The notes under the pieces were generated by a model. The model searched no databases. It was not told the DNA's origin and worked only from the letters and a program-made list of their open reading frames with translations. Position numbers and translations under genes: made by a program. Below are positions 14,806 through 22,581 of a DNA stretch of 64,000 bases, one piece after another (position 1 is the first letter of the stretch; every line of letters starts with the position of its first letter). This stretch comes from a virus: the IMG/VR virus record IMGVR_UViG_3300015203_000001, positions 1-64,000 of that record; one strand, 5' to 3'.

Positions 14806-14847
14806 AAACTGGTTATTATAGAGATGTAATAACCAGTTTTATTTTAT
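14806..14847 (+). terminator. intrinsic terminator / possible attenuator in the leader of 14867
   Basis: 13-bp perfect stem AAACTGGTTATTA (14806-14818) / TAATAACCAGTTT (14827-14839), followed by TATTTTAT. Confidence 0.6.
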
Positions 14848-14852
14848 ACTAA

Positions 14853-14862
14853 TTAAACTAAA
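14853..14862 (+). promoter_or_regulatory. leader motif TTAAACTAAA (copy 5)
   Basis: Ends 4 nt before the ATG at 14867. Confidence 0.5.
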
Positions 14863-14866
14863 CAAC

Positions 14867-15310
14867 ATGAAAACATATAAGTATCCAATTACTAAATTAA
14901 AACCAAATCAAATATTTGTATTTGGGTCAAATACACAAGGTAAACATAGAAGTGGTGCAGCTAGATTTGCTATAGAAGATGCTGGAGCTATATATGGTCA
15001 AGCAGCAGGATTACAGGGTAATAGTTTTGCTATTATTACTAAGGATTTAACTAAGAAGATACATCCATCAGTAAGTAAAGACAAGATAATATGGCAAATA
15101 CAAACATTATATTTATTTGCTCAAACTGTATATGGGAAAACAAAAGAATGGTTAGTAGCATATAATGGAGATGGAGTATATTTAAGTGGATTTACACCTA
15201 AAGAGATGGCTACAATGTTTTCATTAGCAGCCACACATATAGTGACTAGAGAGAATAAAGGAATACCAGATAATATTATATTTGAAGAAGAATTTGCTAA
15301 ATTATTATAA
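14867..15310 (+). CDS. SLOG/LOG-DprA-like Rossmann protein (resembles the 'A1S_2505 family phage non-structural protein')
   Basis: 147 aa. N-terminal IFVFGSNTQGKHRSGAARFAIEDAGAIYGQAAGLQGNSFAIITK matches the FGSN..G.H..GAA...GA..G...G..G.S.AI.TK pattern I recall for that family. Needs an HMM check. Confidence 0.4.
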   Translation: MKTYKYPITKLKPNQIFVFGSNTQGKHRSGAARFAIEDAGAIYGQAAGLQGNSFAIITKDLTKKIHPSVSKDKIIWQIQTLYLFAQTVYGKTKEWLVAYNGDGVYLSGFTPKEMATMFSLAATHIVTRENKGIPDNIIFEEEFAKLL

Positions 15311-15319
15311 ACAATTAAA

Positions 15320-15329
15320 TTAAACTAAA
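15320..15329 (+). promoter_or_regulatory. leader motif TTAAACTAAA (copy 6)
   Basis: Abuts the ATG at 15330. Confidence 0.5.
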
Positions 15330-15620
15330 ATGAAAATTACAACACTATTATTAATGTTAGTATCACTATTATTCTTATGGGTATTAGGTGATGAATTAAA
15401 AGTAATAGAACATAAGATAGATAATAATATCTCATTATCTATAAATAGAGATACACTAATCAATATTCTATACCCAACTACTGGTAGTGCTAAACGAGAC
15501 TATCAGATTGAATGTGACGATGACAGTATGGTCATCTATGATGGGAATAAGAAGATAGGAGTAATAGATTATGCAGATGACTCTAAATTATCTAATTTAA
15601 TATTAAAAGATAATCAATAA
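15330..15620 (+). CDS. small membrane or secreted protein (96 aa)
   Basis: N-terminal hydrophobic segment MKITTLLLMLVSLLFLWVLG; leader motif upstream. Confidence 0.6.
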   Translation: MKITTLLLMLVSLLFLWVLGDELKVIEHKIDNNISLSINRDTLINILYPTTGSAKRDYQIECDDDSMVIYDGNKKIGVIDYADDSKLSNLILKDNQ

Positions 15621-15627
15621 AGATAAA

Positions 15628-15690
15628 GAAACTATACTTAGTAATACTTAACTTTAAATCACCTAGTATGAGGAGTATAGTTTCGTTTTT
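15628..15690 (+). terminator. terminator-like hairpin
   Basis: 11-bp arms GAAACTATACT (15628-15638) / AGTATAGTTTC (15674-15684), followed by GTTTTT. The 35-nt loop is large. Confidence 0.45.
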
Positions 15691-15756
15691 AATACAAACT
15701 AACATTTAGTTTAAACCCAATATCATTATTTAGAATGTGAGGGTTTAAACTATTAT

Positions 15757-15766
15757 TTAAACTAAA
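15757..15766 (+). promoter_or_regulatory. leader motif TTAAACTAAA (copy 7)
   Basis: 16 nt before the ATG at 15783; preceded by the 10-bp hairpin GTTTAAACCC/GGGTTTAAAC. Confidence 0.45.
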
Positions 15767-15782
15767 AATTAAACAAATTAAA

Positions 15783-16070
15783 ATGATAAGTAAAGATCAA
15801 TTTTTCAAAGCATTAGCTATAATATTAGCAATATTAGCACTATTATCTGGATTGAGTTATGCTCAATCAGTTAAATTAGATGCCAGTGGAAATTATGTGG
15901 CTCTTAAATCAACAAGGCACATTGATACCATAAAGAATAACACTGGAAAGACATATACTGATAGTAAGGGTATTAAATATCCTGTATATATTACAGCTAC
16001 AGATAAATTATATGTAATTAGAGTAAGTAAGAATACTGGTAAGAGTTATAAATATTATTTGAGGTTATGA
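15783..16070 (+). CDS. small secreted protein (95 aa)
   Basis: Signal-peptide-like ALAIILAILALLSGLSYAQS followed by a Lys/Tyr-rich beta-type domain. Confidence 0.6.
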   Translation: MISKDQFFKALAIILAILALLSGLSYAQSVKLDASGNYVALKSTRHIDTIKNNTGKTYTDSKGIKYPVYITATDKLYVIRVSKNTGKSYKYYLRL

Positions 16071-16093
16071 GAAGGCATATTTAAAACCACAAG

Positions 16094-16140
16094 GCACAGT
16101 GAATATTGAATAATATTATTCAGAACTTCACTTGTGCTTT
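16094..16140 (+). terminator. long imperfect hairpin after 15783-16070
   Basis: GCACAGTGAA (16094-16103) pairs with TTCACTTGTGC (16127-16137) with a 1-nt bulge. The inner palindrome GAATAATATTATTC extends the stem; short T run. Confidence 0.4.
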
Positions 16141-16174
16141 AGGTTTTAAGATTATCTCTTATAAAATTTTAATT

Positions 16175-16360
16175 ATGAAAACAGCACATGAATGGTATTT
16201 GAAGATGAATAGTTATGCTAATCCTGATAAAATCCATGCTATTGAAAGAGGGTGGATTGAAAAAATTATCTGTGATATTCAAAAAGATGCTATCAAATAT
16301 GCTATTGATAATTATATAGAATTATGTCAGAAACAGATAGATGAAAATACAGATCATTAA
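16175..16360 (+). CDS. hypothetical protein (61 aa)
   Basis: Track ORF 16106-16360 starts at TTG inside the preceding hairpin; the first in-frame ATG is 16175 (MKTAHEWYLK...). Confidence 0.5.
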   Translation: MKTAHEWYLKMNSYANPDKIHAIERGWIEKIICDIQKDAIKYAIDNYIELCQKQIDENTDH

Positions 16361-16557
16361 TACAAATAAGATTAATAACCTGATAAATAGCACTAGATCA
16401 GCTATAAATAGGGTAGTACAATGACTAGATAGTACTTGGATAGACTTATAAGATATGTAAAACACACAAACATAATTAAATGAGTTTCCAGATGTATATA
16501 TGATAATATGTACATTGAAATAAAATTATTGTAGTTATAATAAGGCAGGTTGGGGTT

Positions 16558-16595
16558 AGCCTCTATATGTAAAAGTGTAGGGGCTTTTTATTTTA
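16558..16595 (+). terminator. intrinsic terminator
   Basis: AGCCTCTA (16558-16565) / TAGGGGCT (16578-16585), 8 bp including one U-G pair, followed by TTTTTATTTTATT. Confidence 0.55.
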
Positions 16596-16616
16596 TTCAA
16601 TATTAAATCAATAGTT

Positions 16617-16781
16617 ATGCATAGTATACTAACAATACAAAGATATAAAGTGAATCCACTAATACTAAAGAAAACACCAACTGAAAAATTGATACTCAAA
16701 AATTTGGTTAAGCAGGTAGAAAACATTAATTTTATGTATAAAATTAATAATTTAAGAGAAATTAAATCTATAGCAGTATGA
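16617..16781 (+). CDS. hypothetical protein (54 aa)
   Basis: Hand translation MHSILTIQRYKVNPLILKKTPTEKLILKNLVKQVENINFMYKINNLREIKSIAV. Its TGA overlaps the next ATG (gtATGA). Confidence 0.4.
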   Translation: MHSILTIQRYKVNPLILKKTPTEKLILKNLVKQVENINFMYKINNLREIKSIAV

Positions 16782-17140
16782 GCCTAAGTAAGAAAGTATG
16801 TGTTATTAATAAAAAGACTAATATGATAGTTAGAGTTAGTAGATTAGCAGCACTATCACTAATTAATAATGGATATAGTTACACTAATAAAGCTGCATTA
16901 CATAAATTTCTGAAAAGAGATGTGAGATTGAGTAAAAATCTAAAGACATTTGATAGGGCTTTAGATCATAAGAATTATAGAGGGAAGAAGAAAAATTTAG
17001 CATTAGTTACATTAGAGCATCATAAACCTGCTATTAGTAAAATGTACCCTGAAAATAAGTATTTTAAGAAAGAGATACTTAGAAAGAGAGCTAGATATTT
17101 TGGAGGTAATACATATCAACAGATGTTATTAACAGATTAA
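16778..17140 (+). CDS. hypothetical basic protein (120 aa)
   Basis: ORF track; Lys/Arg-rich. Confidence 0.6.
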   Translation: MSLSKKVCVINKKTNMIVRVSRLAALSLINNGYSYTNKAALHKFLKRDVRLSKNLKTFDRALDHKNYRGKKKNLALVTLEHHKPAISKMYPENKYFKKEILRKRARYFGGNTYQQMLLTD

Positions 17141-17206
17141 ATAGAAATAATTACAATTAGTTTTTATTAAATAAACAAATTAAAACACACAATTAATACA
17201 CAGATT

Positions 17207-17866
17207 ATGACAACTAAAACAGTAGAAGTTGGAAATGTAAAGCATGTAACAACTTCAAATCCAATTAAATTGGATGAATTAAGAGTAGGAGAAAGACAGA
17301 AAAAGAATACAAAAACTGCACAAATCAGACAGATACTTGAAACATTATCATATTATCCTTCAATTAAAACTGAAAACAGTATGAAAGGTGGATTGGTATC
17401 AATAGATAAATTTGATGCACCTGCACAAATATTTCCATCAACAGAAAATAGAGTAGCATTTGTACTTGTTCCTGATACTTATACAGAAGATCAGGTGAAT
17501 AAATTATTAGTGGATGCTAATACTAAAGGTGCAGTTGTTTATAAAACTTTATCTAATAAGCCTATATTAGATGAAGATCAGAAAGCAGCTATTAATTTAG
17601 GACTTACAACTGTAGATATTATTGCTAATAAACAAATAGCAAGATTTCCTAAAGGAACTATAGATAGGATAACTAAGGAAGATGTATCTGATCAGTTAGT
17701 AATAGATAAGAAAACAGGTAAAGTACAATACAGGAGAACTGATTTTTGGCCTACATTTAGAGAAGATGTAGATTTGAGAACCAGTGATGAAACAGATCAG
17801 TATTTAACACCTGAAATTGAAGCTGAATTAAAGGGAGCTTCAGTAATGTTAGGTCAGAAGATTTAA
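17207..17866 (+). CDS. hypothetical protein (219 aa)
   Basis: ORF track. It shares the 12-nt leader TTAAAACACACA with the SSB candidate gene at 27764. Confidence 0.65.
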   Translation: MTTKTVEVGNVKHVTTSNPIKLDELRVGERQKKNTKTAQIRQILETLSYYPSIKTENSMKGGLVSIDKFDAPAQIFPSTENRVAFVLVPDTYTEDQVNKLLVDANTKGAVVYKTLSNKPILDEDQKAAINLGLTTVDIIANKQIARFPKGTIDRITKEDVSDQLVIDKKTGKVQYRRTDFWPTFREDVDLRTSDETDQYLTPEIEAELKGASVMLGQKI

Positions 17867-17899
17867 AATTTCACATAAAAATTAATTGTAGAATAGAAG

Positions 17900-17940
17900 A
17901 TATAAGTTGAGAGATAAAACTCTTAACTTATATTTTTTAT
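17900..17940 (+). terminator. intrinsic terminator
   Basis: 14-bp stem ATATAAGTTGAGAG (17900-17913) / CTCTTAACTTATAT (17920-17933) with one G-U pair, followed by TTTTTTA. Confidence 0.65.
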
Positions 17941-17970
17941 TTACTTTACAACAAATAGAGGAAATATGAT

Positions 17971-19302
17971 ATGCAATTAACAGAACATCAACAAATAGCA
18001 CATGATTTAGTTATTAAACTATTAAAAGAGGGGAAGAAAAGGATAATTATTAAAGGATCAGCTGGAACTGGTAAGACATCAATGGTAGTTGAAATATTAA
18101 AAACCATTAAGAAAGATAAAACTATAGTTACAGGATACAATAATGGACATATGTATGTAACTGCACCTACTAATAAAGCATTATCTGTATTACAAAAGAA
18201 AATAGACATAGAAGTAGATTTTAAAACTATACATTCAGCTTGTAGATTAGCATTATATATAGATAGAAAAACAGGAGGAGCTACATTTGTTAGACAGAAA
18301 TTCTTTGGCAAAAGAAAAGGAGATGAATTTGATTTCTGTAAAATTGCTATAGTAGATGAAGTTTCTATGTTGAACAGTGATTTTTTAGGAAGATGGGGAG
18401 TAGATGATTTAGGAAGAAAGATATATAAGCAAGGATATTTAGATGATTTTAAATTTCCTATTATTTATCTAGGAGATCCATGTCAACTTTCACCAGTTGG
18501 AGAAAGTATATCTCCAATATGGATTAAAGATTATCCAGTTGTAGAATTGACTGAAATTATTAGGCAAGGTAAAGGGAATCCTATAATAGAATTAAGTAGA
18601 GACTTAGATTTAATATATTTTAAATCACCTAAATTAATAGAAAGGAAAGGTTATATATATTCAGATAATAGACAAGAGATAATATCAGACTTAGCTGAAG
18701 TAAATGGTACAGATGCACTTAAATATTTAGCATATACTAATAAAGAAGTAGATGCTATTAATACTGCTGTTAGAGTTAAGAGGTATGGACAGGAAGTAAA
18801 GAGAATAGAGAAAGATGAAACTATAGTATTTAATACTCCAATGGGTTCATATTACACTAATAAAGAAGTGAAAGTTGAAAAGGTGGAAATAGTAATAGAT
18901 TATGTATTTATACCAACTTATGAAACTAGATATGATCAGAGTTATCAGCCATTAGGAAATTTAGATAAAATTAAGATGAAGTATTATAGGATTAATAATT
19001 CATTTAATGTAGTACATGAGGATAGTATATTTATTTATAATAGTATATATAATACTTTAAAGGAAAATAATAAGAAATATAATTGGGATGGGAGAGGTTA
19101 TCATTATTTCTCAGGATTATTTGCTGATATTACCTACAATCATGCACTTAGCATACACAAAAGCCAAGGCAGTACTTACAAAGAAGCAATCATAAACATA
19201 GAGAATACCAATTACTGTAGAGATACTGAAGAAAAACAGAGACTTTTGTACACTGCAATTACCCGCAGTAGTGATTTAATTATACTAAACAATGTAAAAT
19301 GA
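17971..19302 (+). CDS. SF1B DNA helicase (Dda/RecD/Pif1-like)
   Basis: 443 aa: GSAGTGKT (Walker A), IVDEVSM (Walker B), LGDPCQLSPV, SIHKSQGSTY, YTAITRS. Confidence 0.8.
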   Translation: MQLTEHQQIAHDLVIKLLKEGKKRIIIKGSAGTGKTSMVVEILKTIKKDKTIVTGYNNGHMYVTAPTNKALSVLQKKIDIEVDFKTIHSACRLALYIDRKTGGATFVRQKFFGKRKGDEFDFCKIAIVDEVSMLNSDFLGRWGVDDLGRKIYKQGYLDDFKFPIIYLGDPCQLSPVGESISPIWIKDYPVVELTEIIRQGKGNPIIELSRDLDLIYFKSPKLIERKGYIYSDNRQEIISDLAEVNGTDALKYLAYTNKEVDAINTAVRVKRYGQEVKRIEKDETIVFNTPMGSYYTNKEVKVEKVEIVIDYVFIPTYETRYDQSYQPLGNLDKIKMKYYRINNSFNVVHEDSIFIYNSIYNTLKENNKKYNWDGRGYHYFSGLFADITYNHALSIHKSQGSTYKEAIINIENTNYCRDTEEKQRLLYTAITRSSDLIILNNVK

Positions 19303-19622
19303 AAATTAAAAATTATCTATTAAAATCACATGAAGAAGAACCTTCAGATAAAACCCTAATAGTATTTGTACCTGAAGGTTCTTTATTAAGAAGGGTAGGA
19401 ATATTACCAGATGGTATATATTTATGGTATGAGATACCAGAGATGCAAATGGTGGGAGCTAATAGGCCAGATAAATATATAATATTAGGAGCTAACGCTA
19501 GTATTCCTCCAAATGGAGAATACATAGATATATTAGAACACTATATATTATTCCCGCTTAAAGAAGGAGAGACACAACAACAGAATGGATTATTAATTTA
19601 TCCAATTTATAAAATTAAATAG
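19299..19622 (+). CDS. hypothetical protein (107 aa)
   Basis: ORF track; ATGA overlap with the helicase stop. Confidence 0.6.
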   Translation: MKIKNYLLKSHEEEPSDKTLIVFVPEGSLLRRVGILPDGIYLWYEIPEMQMVGANRPDKYIILGANASIPPNGEYIDILEHYILFPLKEGETQQQNGLLIYPIYKIK

Positions 19623-19625
19623 ATT

Positions 19626-20030
19626 ATGATTAAGACAACAATAGTATTTATACTATCATTAGTACTACTAGGTATAGTAGCATACGTATTTGTGCCTAAT
19701 AGAATTAATAGACTAAAACCTAAAGCATCAATAGATAAAATAATTGCAGTATATATTAAGAAGGATAGTTCTAGGCAATTAGATATATTATGGAGACAGA
19801 TAAATGTAGATTCATTTAAATCTGATGATAAATATGTATATAGAATAGATACATTATGGGGTTATCCTGAATATAAACCAATTACAGACTCATTAGGTAG
19901 ACCTAAATTAGATAGTATTACTAAAGTACCATTATACAGTGCATCTATATTAGGATATAAGTTAATTAATAAAGATAGTGTTAATTGGAGAATAGAGGGA
20001 ATACCATTAGGTAAATTATTAAGTAAATAA
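19626..20030 (+). CDS. hypothetical membrane-anchored protein (134 aa)
   Basis: N-terminal TM segment IVFILSLVLLGIVAYVFV. Confidence 0.6.
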   Translation: MIKTTIVFILSLVLLGIVAYVFVPNRINRLKPKASIDKIIAVYIKKDSSRQLDILWRQINVDSFKSDDKYVYRIDTLWGYPEYKPITDSLGRPKLDSITKVPLYSASILGYKLINKDSVNWRIEGIPLGKLLSK

Positions 20031-20040
20031 ATTATATTTT

Positions 20041-20331
20041 ATGGAAACTGGACTCAAAAGATGTGGAGGATTAAATACTAGAGGAGAGGTAAGTAATAAG
20101 AGTATATGGAGAGGTAGAGTAATAGATACACTCTCTCAATTTACCAAACCTATGAGTGGTAAAGAGATATATGAATTTATTTTGGTAAAATATGCATTTA
20201 AAGACAATAAGAATAGATATTTAAGTGTAATATCAGCATTAAGTGTATTAAATAAGAAGAATAAATTAGAGATTAGTTTTGATCATAGAAGGAAACATAT
20301 TCCAACACTTTATAAATTGAGAGAGGTATGA
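20041..20331 (+). CDS. small winged-helix-like protein (96 aa)
   Basis: ORF track; segment GKEIYEFILVKY...RYLSVISALSVLNKKNKL...LYKL parallels the next ORF. Confidence 0.55.
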   Translation: METGLKRCGGLNTRGEVSNKSIWRGRVIDTLSQFTKPMSGKEIYEFILVKYAFKDNKNRYLSVISALSVLNKKNKLEISFDHRRKHIPTLYKLREV

Positions 20332-20591
20332 CTTATAAACAAATGATATTATTAATATTTAATAATGTAGATAACCCAAATCCAACTTTTACATGCCAAC
20401 AAATGTGTAAGAAGTTAATAGAGTTAGGTTATGTTCCTTTAAATAAAAGAACATATCTATCAGGAGCTATTAGTACTATATTAAGAAAAATGGTTAAAGA
20501 TAAAATACTATGTTATAGTAGTACATTAAATGGACCAAAGGGAGGATTAGTATATCAATTAAAAGGAGAAAATGATGACTATTATATGTGA
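20328..20591 (+). CDS. small winged-helix-like protein (87 aa), paralogue of 20041-20331
   Basis: CQQMCKKLIELGY...TYLSGAISTILRKMVKDKIL...LVYQL shows the same helix-wing pattern as the neighbour. Confidence 0.55.
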   Translation: MTYKQMILLIFNNVDNPNPTFTCQQMCKKLIELGYVPLNKRTYLSGAISTILRKMVKDKILCYSSTLNGPKGGLVYQLKGENDDYYM

Positions 20592-22563
20592 TTTAGAATC
20601 GGATGGGCTTTTAGATACAGTTACAAAAATACATTGCTTATGTTATTATGATATAGATACCAAATTAAGTGGGAGTCTCACAGAATATGATTCTATGAGA
20701 TGGCTTCTAACTACAAAAGATTTAACTATAGTAGGCCATAATTTTCAATTATTTGACAAGAGATTAGTAAAAAAGATATTAGGAATAGATATTAAAGCAA
20801 GAATATGGGATAGTTTAGGTATATCATGGTATTTATATCCTAATAGAGAAGTACATGGGTTGGAGTCATGGGGCCATGAGTTTGGTATTAACAAACCTGA
20901 TATATTTAATTGGAAGAATGGTAGTATTGAGTCTTATATTTACAGGTGTTCAGAGGATGTAAAAATTAATACCAAATTATATGAATTACAACTAGATTAT
21001 CTAAATAGAATATATAAGAATGATATATTAAATAGAGATAGATTAGTTGGATACTTAGGATATAAATTAGATTGTGCTGCTGAACAGGAAGAAATTAAAT
21101 GGAGATTAGATATAGATAAGACTAAAGAGAATTTAATAAAATTAGAAGCAGCTAAAGAACCTAAAGCCTCTGCTCTCCAAAATTCTATCCCAAATAAGAT
21201 CATTTTTGAGGATAAAATCCGTCCTAAGATAATGTTCAAGAAAAACGGAGAAGTTTCAGCCTTGGGGCAGAAATGGCTGGACTTTCTTAAAATTCAGGGC
21301 TTGCCTGAATATCATAATGGGAGTGTAAAAATTATTAAAGCTACAGAACCCGGAAATGTTTATTCTCACCAACAAAGGAAAGATTGGCTATTTGCACTTG
21401 GATGGATACCTACCACATTTAAATTTGTAAAGGATAAGAATACACCTTATGATAAGAAAACTCCACCTAGGAAGATACCTCAATTAGTTAAGATTGATAG
21501 GAGTGGACTATGTGATAGTGTGAGATTATTATTTGAGAAGAATCCAGTATTAGAGAATTTAGAGGGATTATTTCAGATTGAGCATAGGATTAGTATTCTA
21601 CAAGGATTTTTAGAAAATGTGGATAGTGAGGGATTTGTAAAAGCTGAAATTAGTGGGTTCACTAATACTCTTAGAATGACACATAGGATAGTTGTAAATT
21701 TGCCTACTGTATTTGTACCTTGGGGAAAAGAGTGTAGAGAGTGTTTGATAGCTCCAGATGATGATCATTTATTATGTGGTTCGGACATATCAGGTTTAGA
21801 AGATCAAACTAAGAGACACTATATTTGGAAATATGACCCTGAATATATAAAGGAAATGATGACACTTGGATTTGACCCACATCTTGATATAGCTAAACAG
21901 GGAGGATTAATAAGTCCAGAAGAAGAACAATACTATAAGTGGTATAATTTTATTAAAGGAGATATTGAGAAGGGATTATCTACATATGAATTTCAACCAT
22001 TTGAGACAATCAAATTTAAGGAAATAGGTAAATTAAGAAAAGATGGTAAGCAAGGTAACTTCAGTTGCACCTATGGAGCTGGGCCAGAGAAGATGGTTAT
22101 AGCATCTGGAATGACACTAAATACAGCCAGAATAGTTCATACTGCATTTTGGAAAAGAAATTGGTCATTAAAAGCTATAGAGAAAGAATATTTTTATAAA
22201 AATCAGAATAACCAAATAGTTCTCACTAATAAAATTAGAGTTATTAATAATCAAATGTGGCTTTGGAATCCAGTATCTCAATTTTGGTACTCATTAAGAT
22301 ACACTAAAGATGTTTTCAGCACCCTTAATCAGAGTACAGCTAGTTATGTATTTGATACTTGGATTAGGAAGATTAGAAATAAGAGTATTAAGATATGTGG
22401 ACAATTTCATGATGAGAAAATATCACCTGTACTTAAAACTAAGACTGAAGAGAGAAGGCAAGCACTATTAGATGCTATGGATGAAACTAATGAGGAATTA
22501 AAGTTAAATGTAAAAATTGGTATTAGTGTAGCATTTGGACACTCTTATGCTGATATACATTGA
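20572..22563 (+). CDS. family A DNA polymerase with 3'-5' exonuclease
   Basis: 663 aa. Exo I CDLESDG, Exo II GHNFQLFD, Exo III YRCSEDV. Pol motif A CGSDISGLEDQ, motif B RKDGKQGNFSCTYGAG, motif C GQFHDE. Confidence 0.85.
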   Translation: MMTIICDLESDGLLDTVTKIHCLCYYDIDTKLSGSLTEYDSMRWLLTTKDLTIVGHNFQLFDKRLVKKILGIDIKARIWDSLGISWYLYPNREVHGLESWGHEFGINKPDIFNWKNGSIESYIYRCSEDVKINTKLYELQLDYLNRIYKNDILNRDRLVGYLGYKLDCAAEQEEIKWRLDIDKTKENLIKLEAAKEPKASALQNSIPNKIIFEDKIRPKIMFKKNGEVSALGQKWLDFLKIQGLPEYHNGSVKIIKATEPGNVYSHQQRKDWLFALGWIPTTFKFVKDKNTPYDKKTPPRKIPQLVKIDRSGLCDSVRLLFEKNPVLENLEGLFQIEHRISILQGFLENVDSEGFVKAEISGFTNTLRMTHRIVVNLPTVFVPWGKECRECLIAPDDDHLLCGSDISGLEDQTKRHYIWKYDPEYIKEMMTLGFDPHLDIAKQGGLISPEEEQYYKWYNFIKGDIEKGLSTYEFQPFETIKFKEIGKLRKDGKQGNFSCTYGAGPEKMVIASGMTLNTARIVHTAFWKRNWSLKAIEKEYFYKNQNNQIVLTNKIRVINNQMWLWNPVSQFWYSLRYTKDVFSTLNQSTASYVFDTWIRKIRNKSIKICGQFHDEKISPVLKTKTEERRQALLDAMDETNEELKLNVKIGISVAFGHSYADIH

Positions 22564-22581
22564 TAAATTAATAATTATAAT

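Noticed and set aside
17988-21239. Minus-strand track ORFs 17988-18311, 19313-19525 and 20997-21239
   Set aside because: They are antisense inside the helicase, the 107-aa ORF and the DNA polymerase, all of which carry clear motifs or coupling on the + strand.
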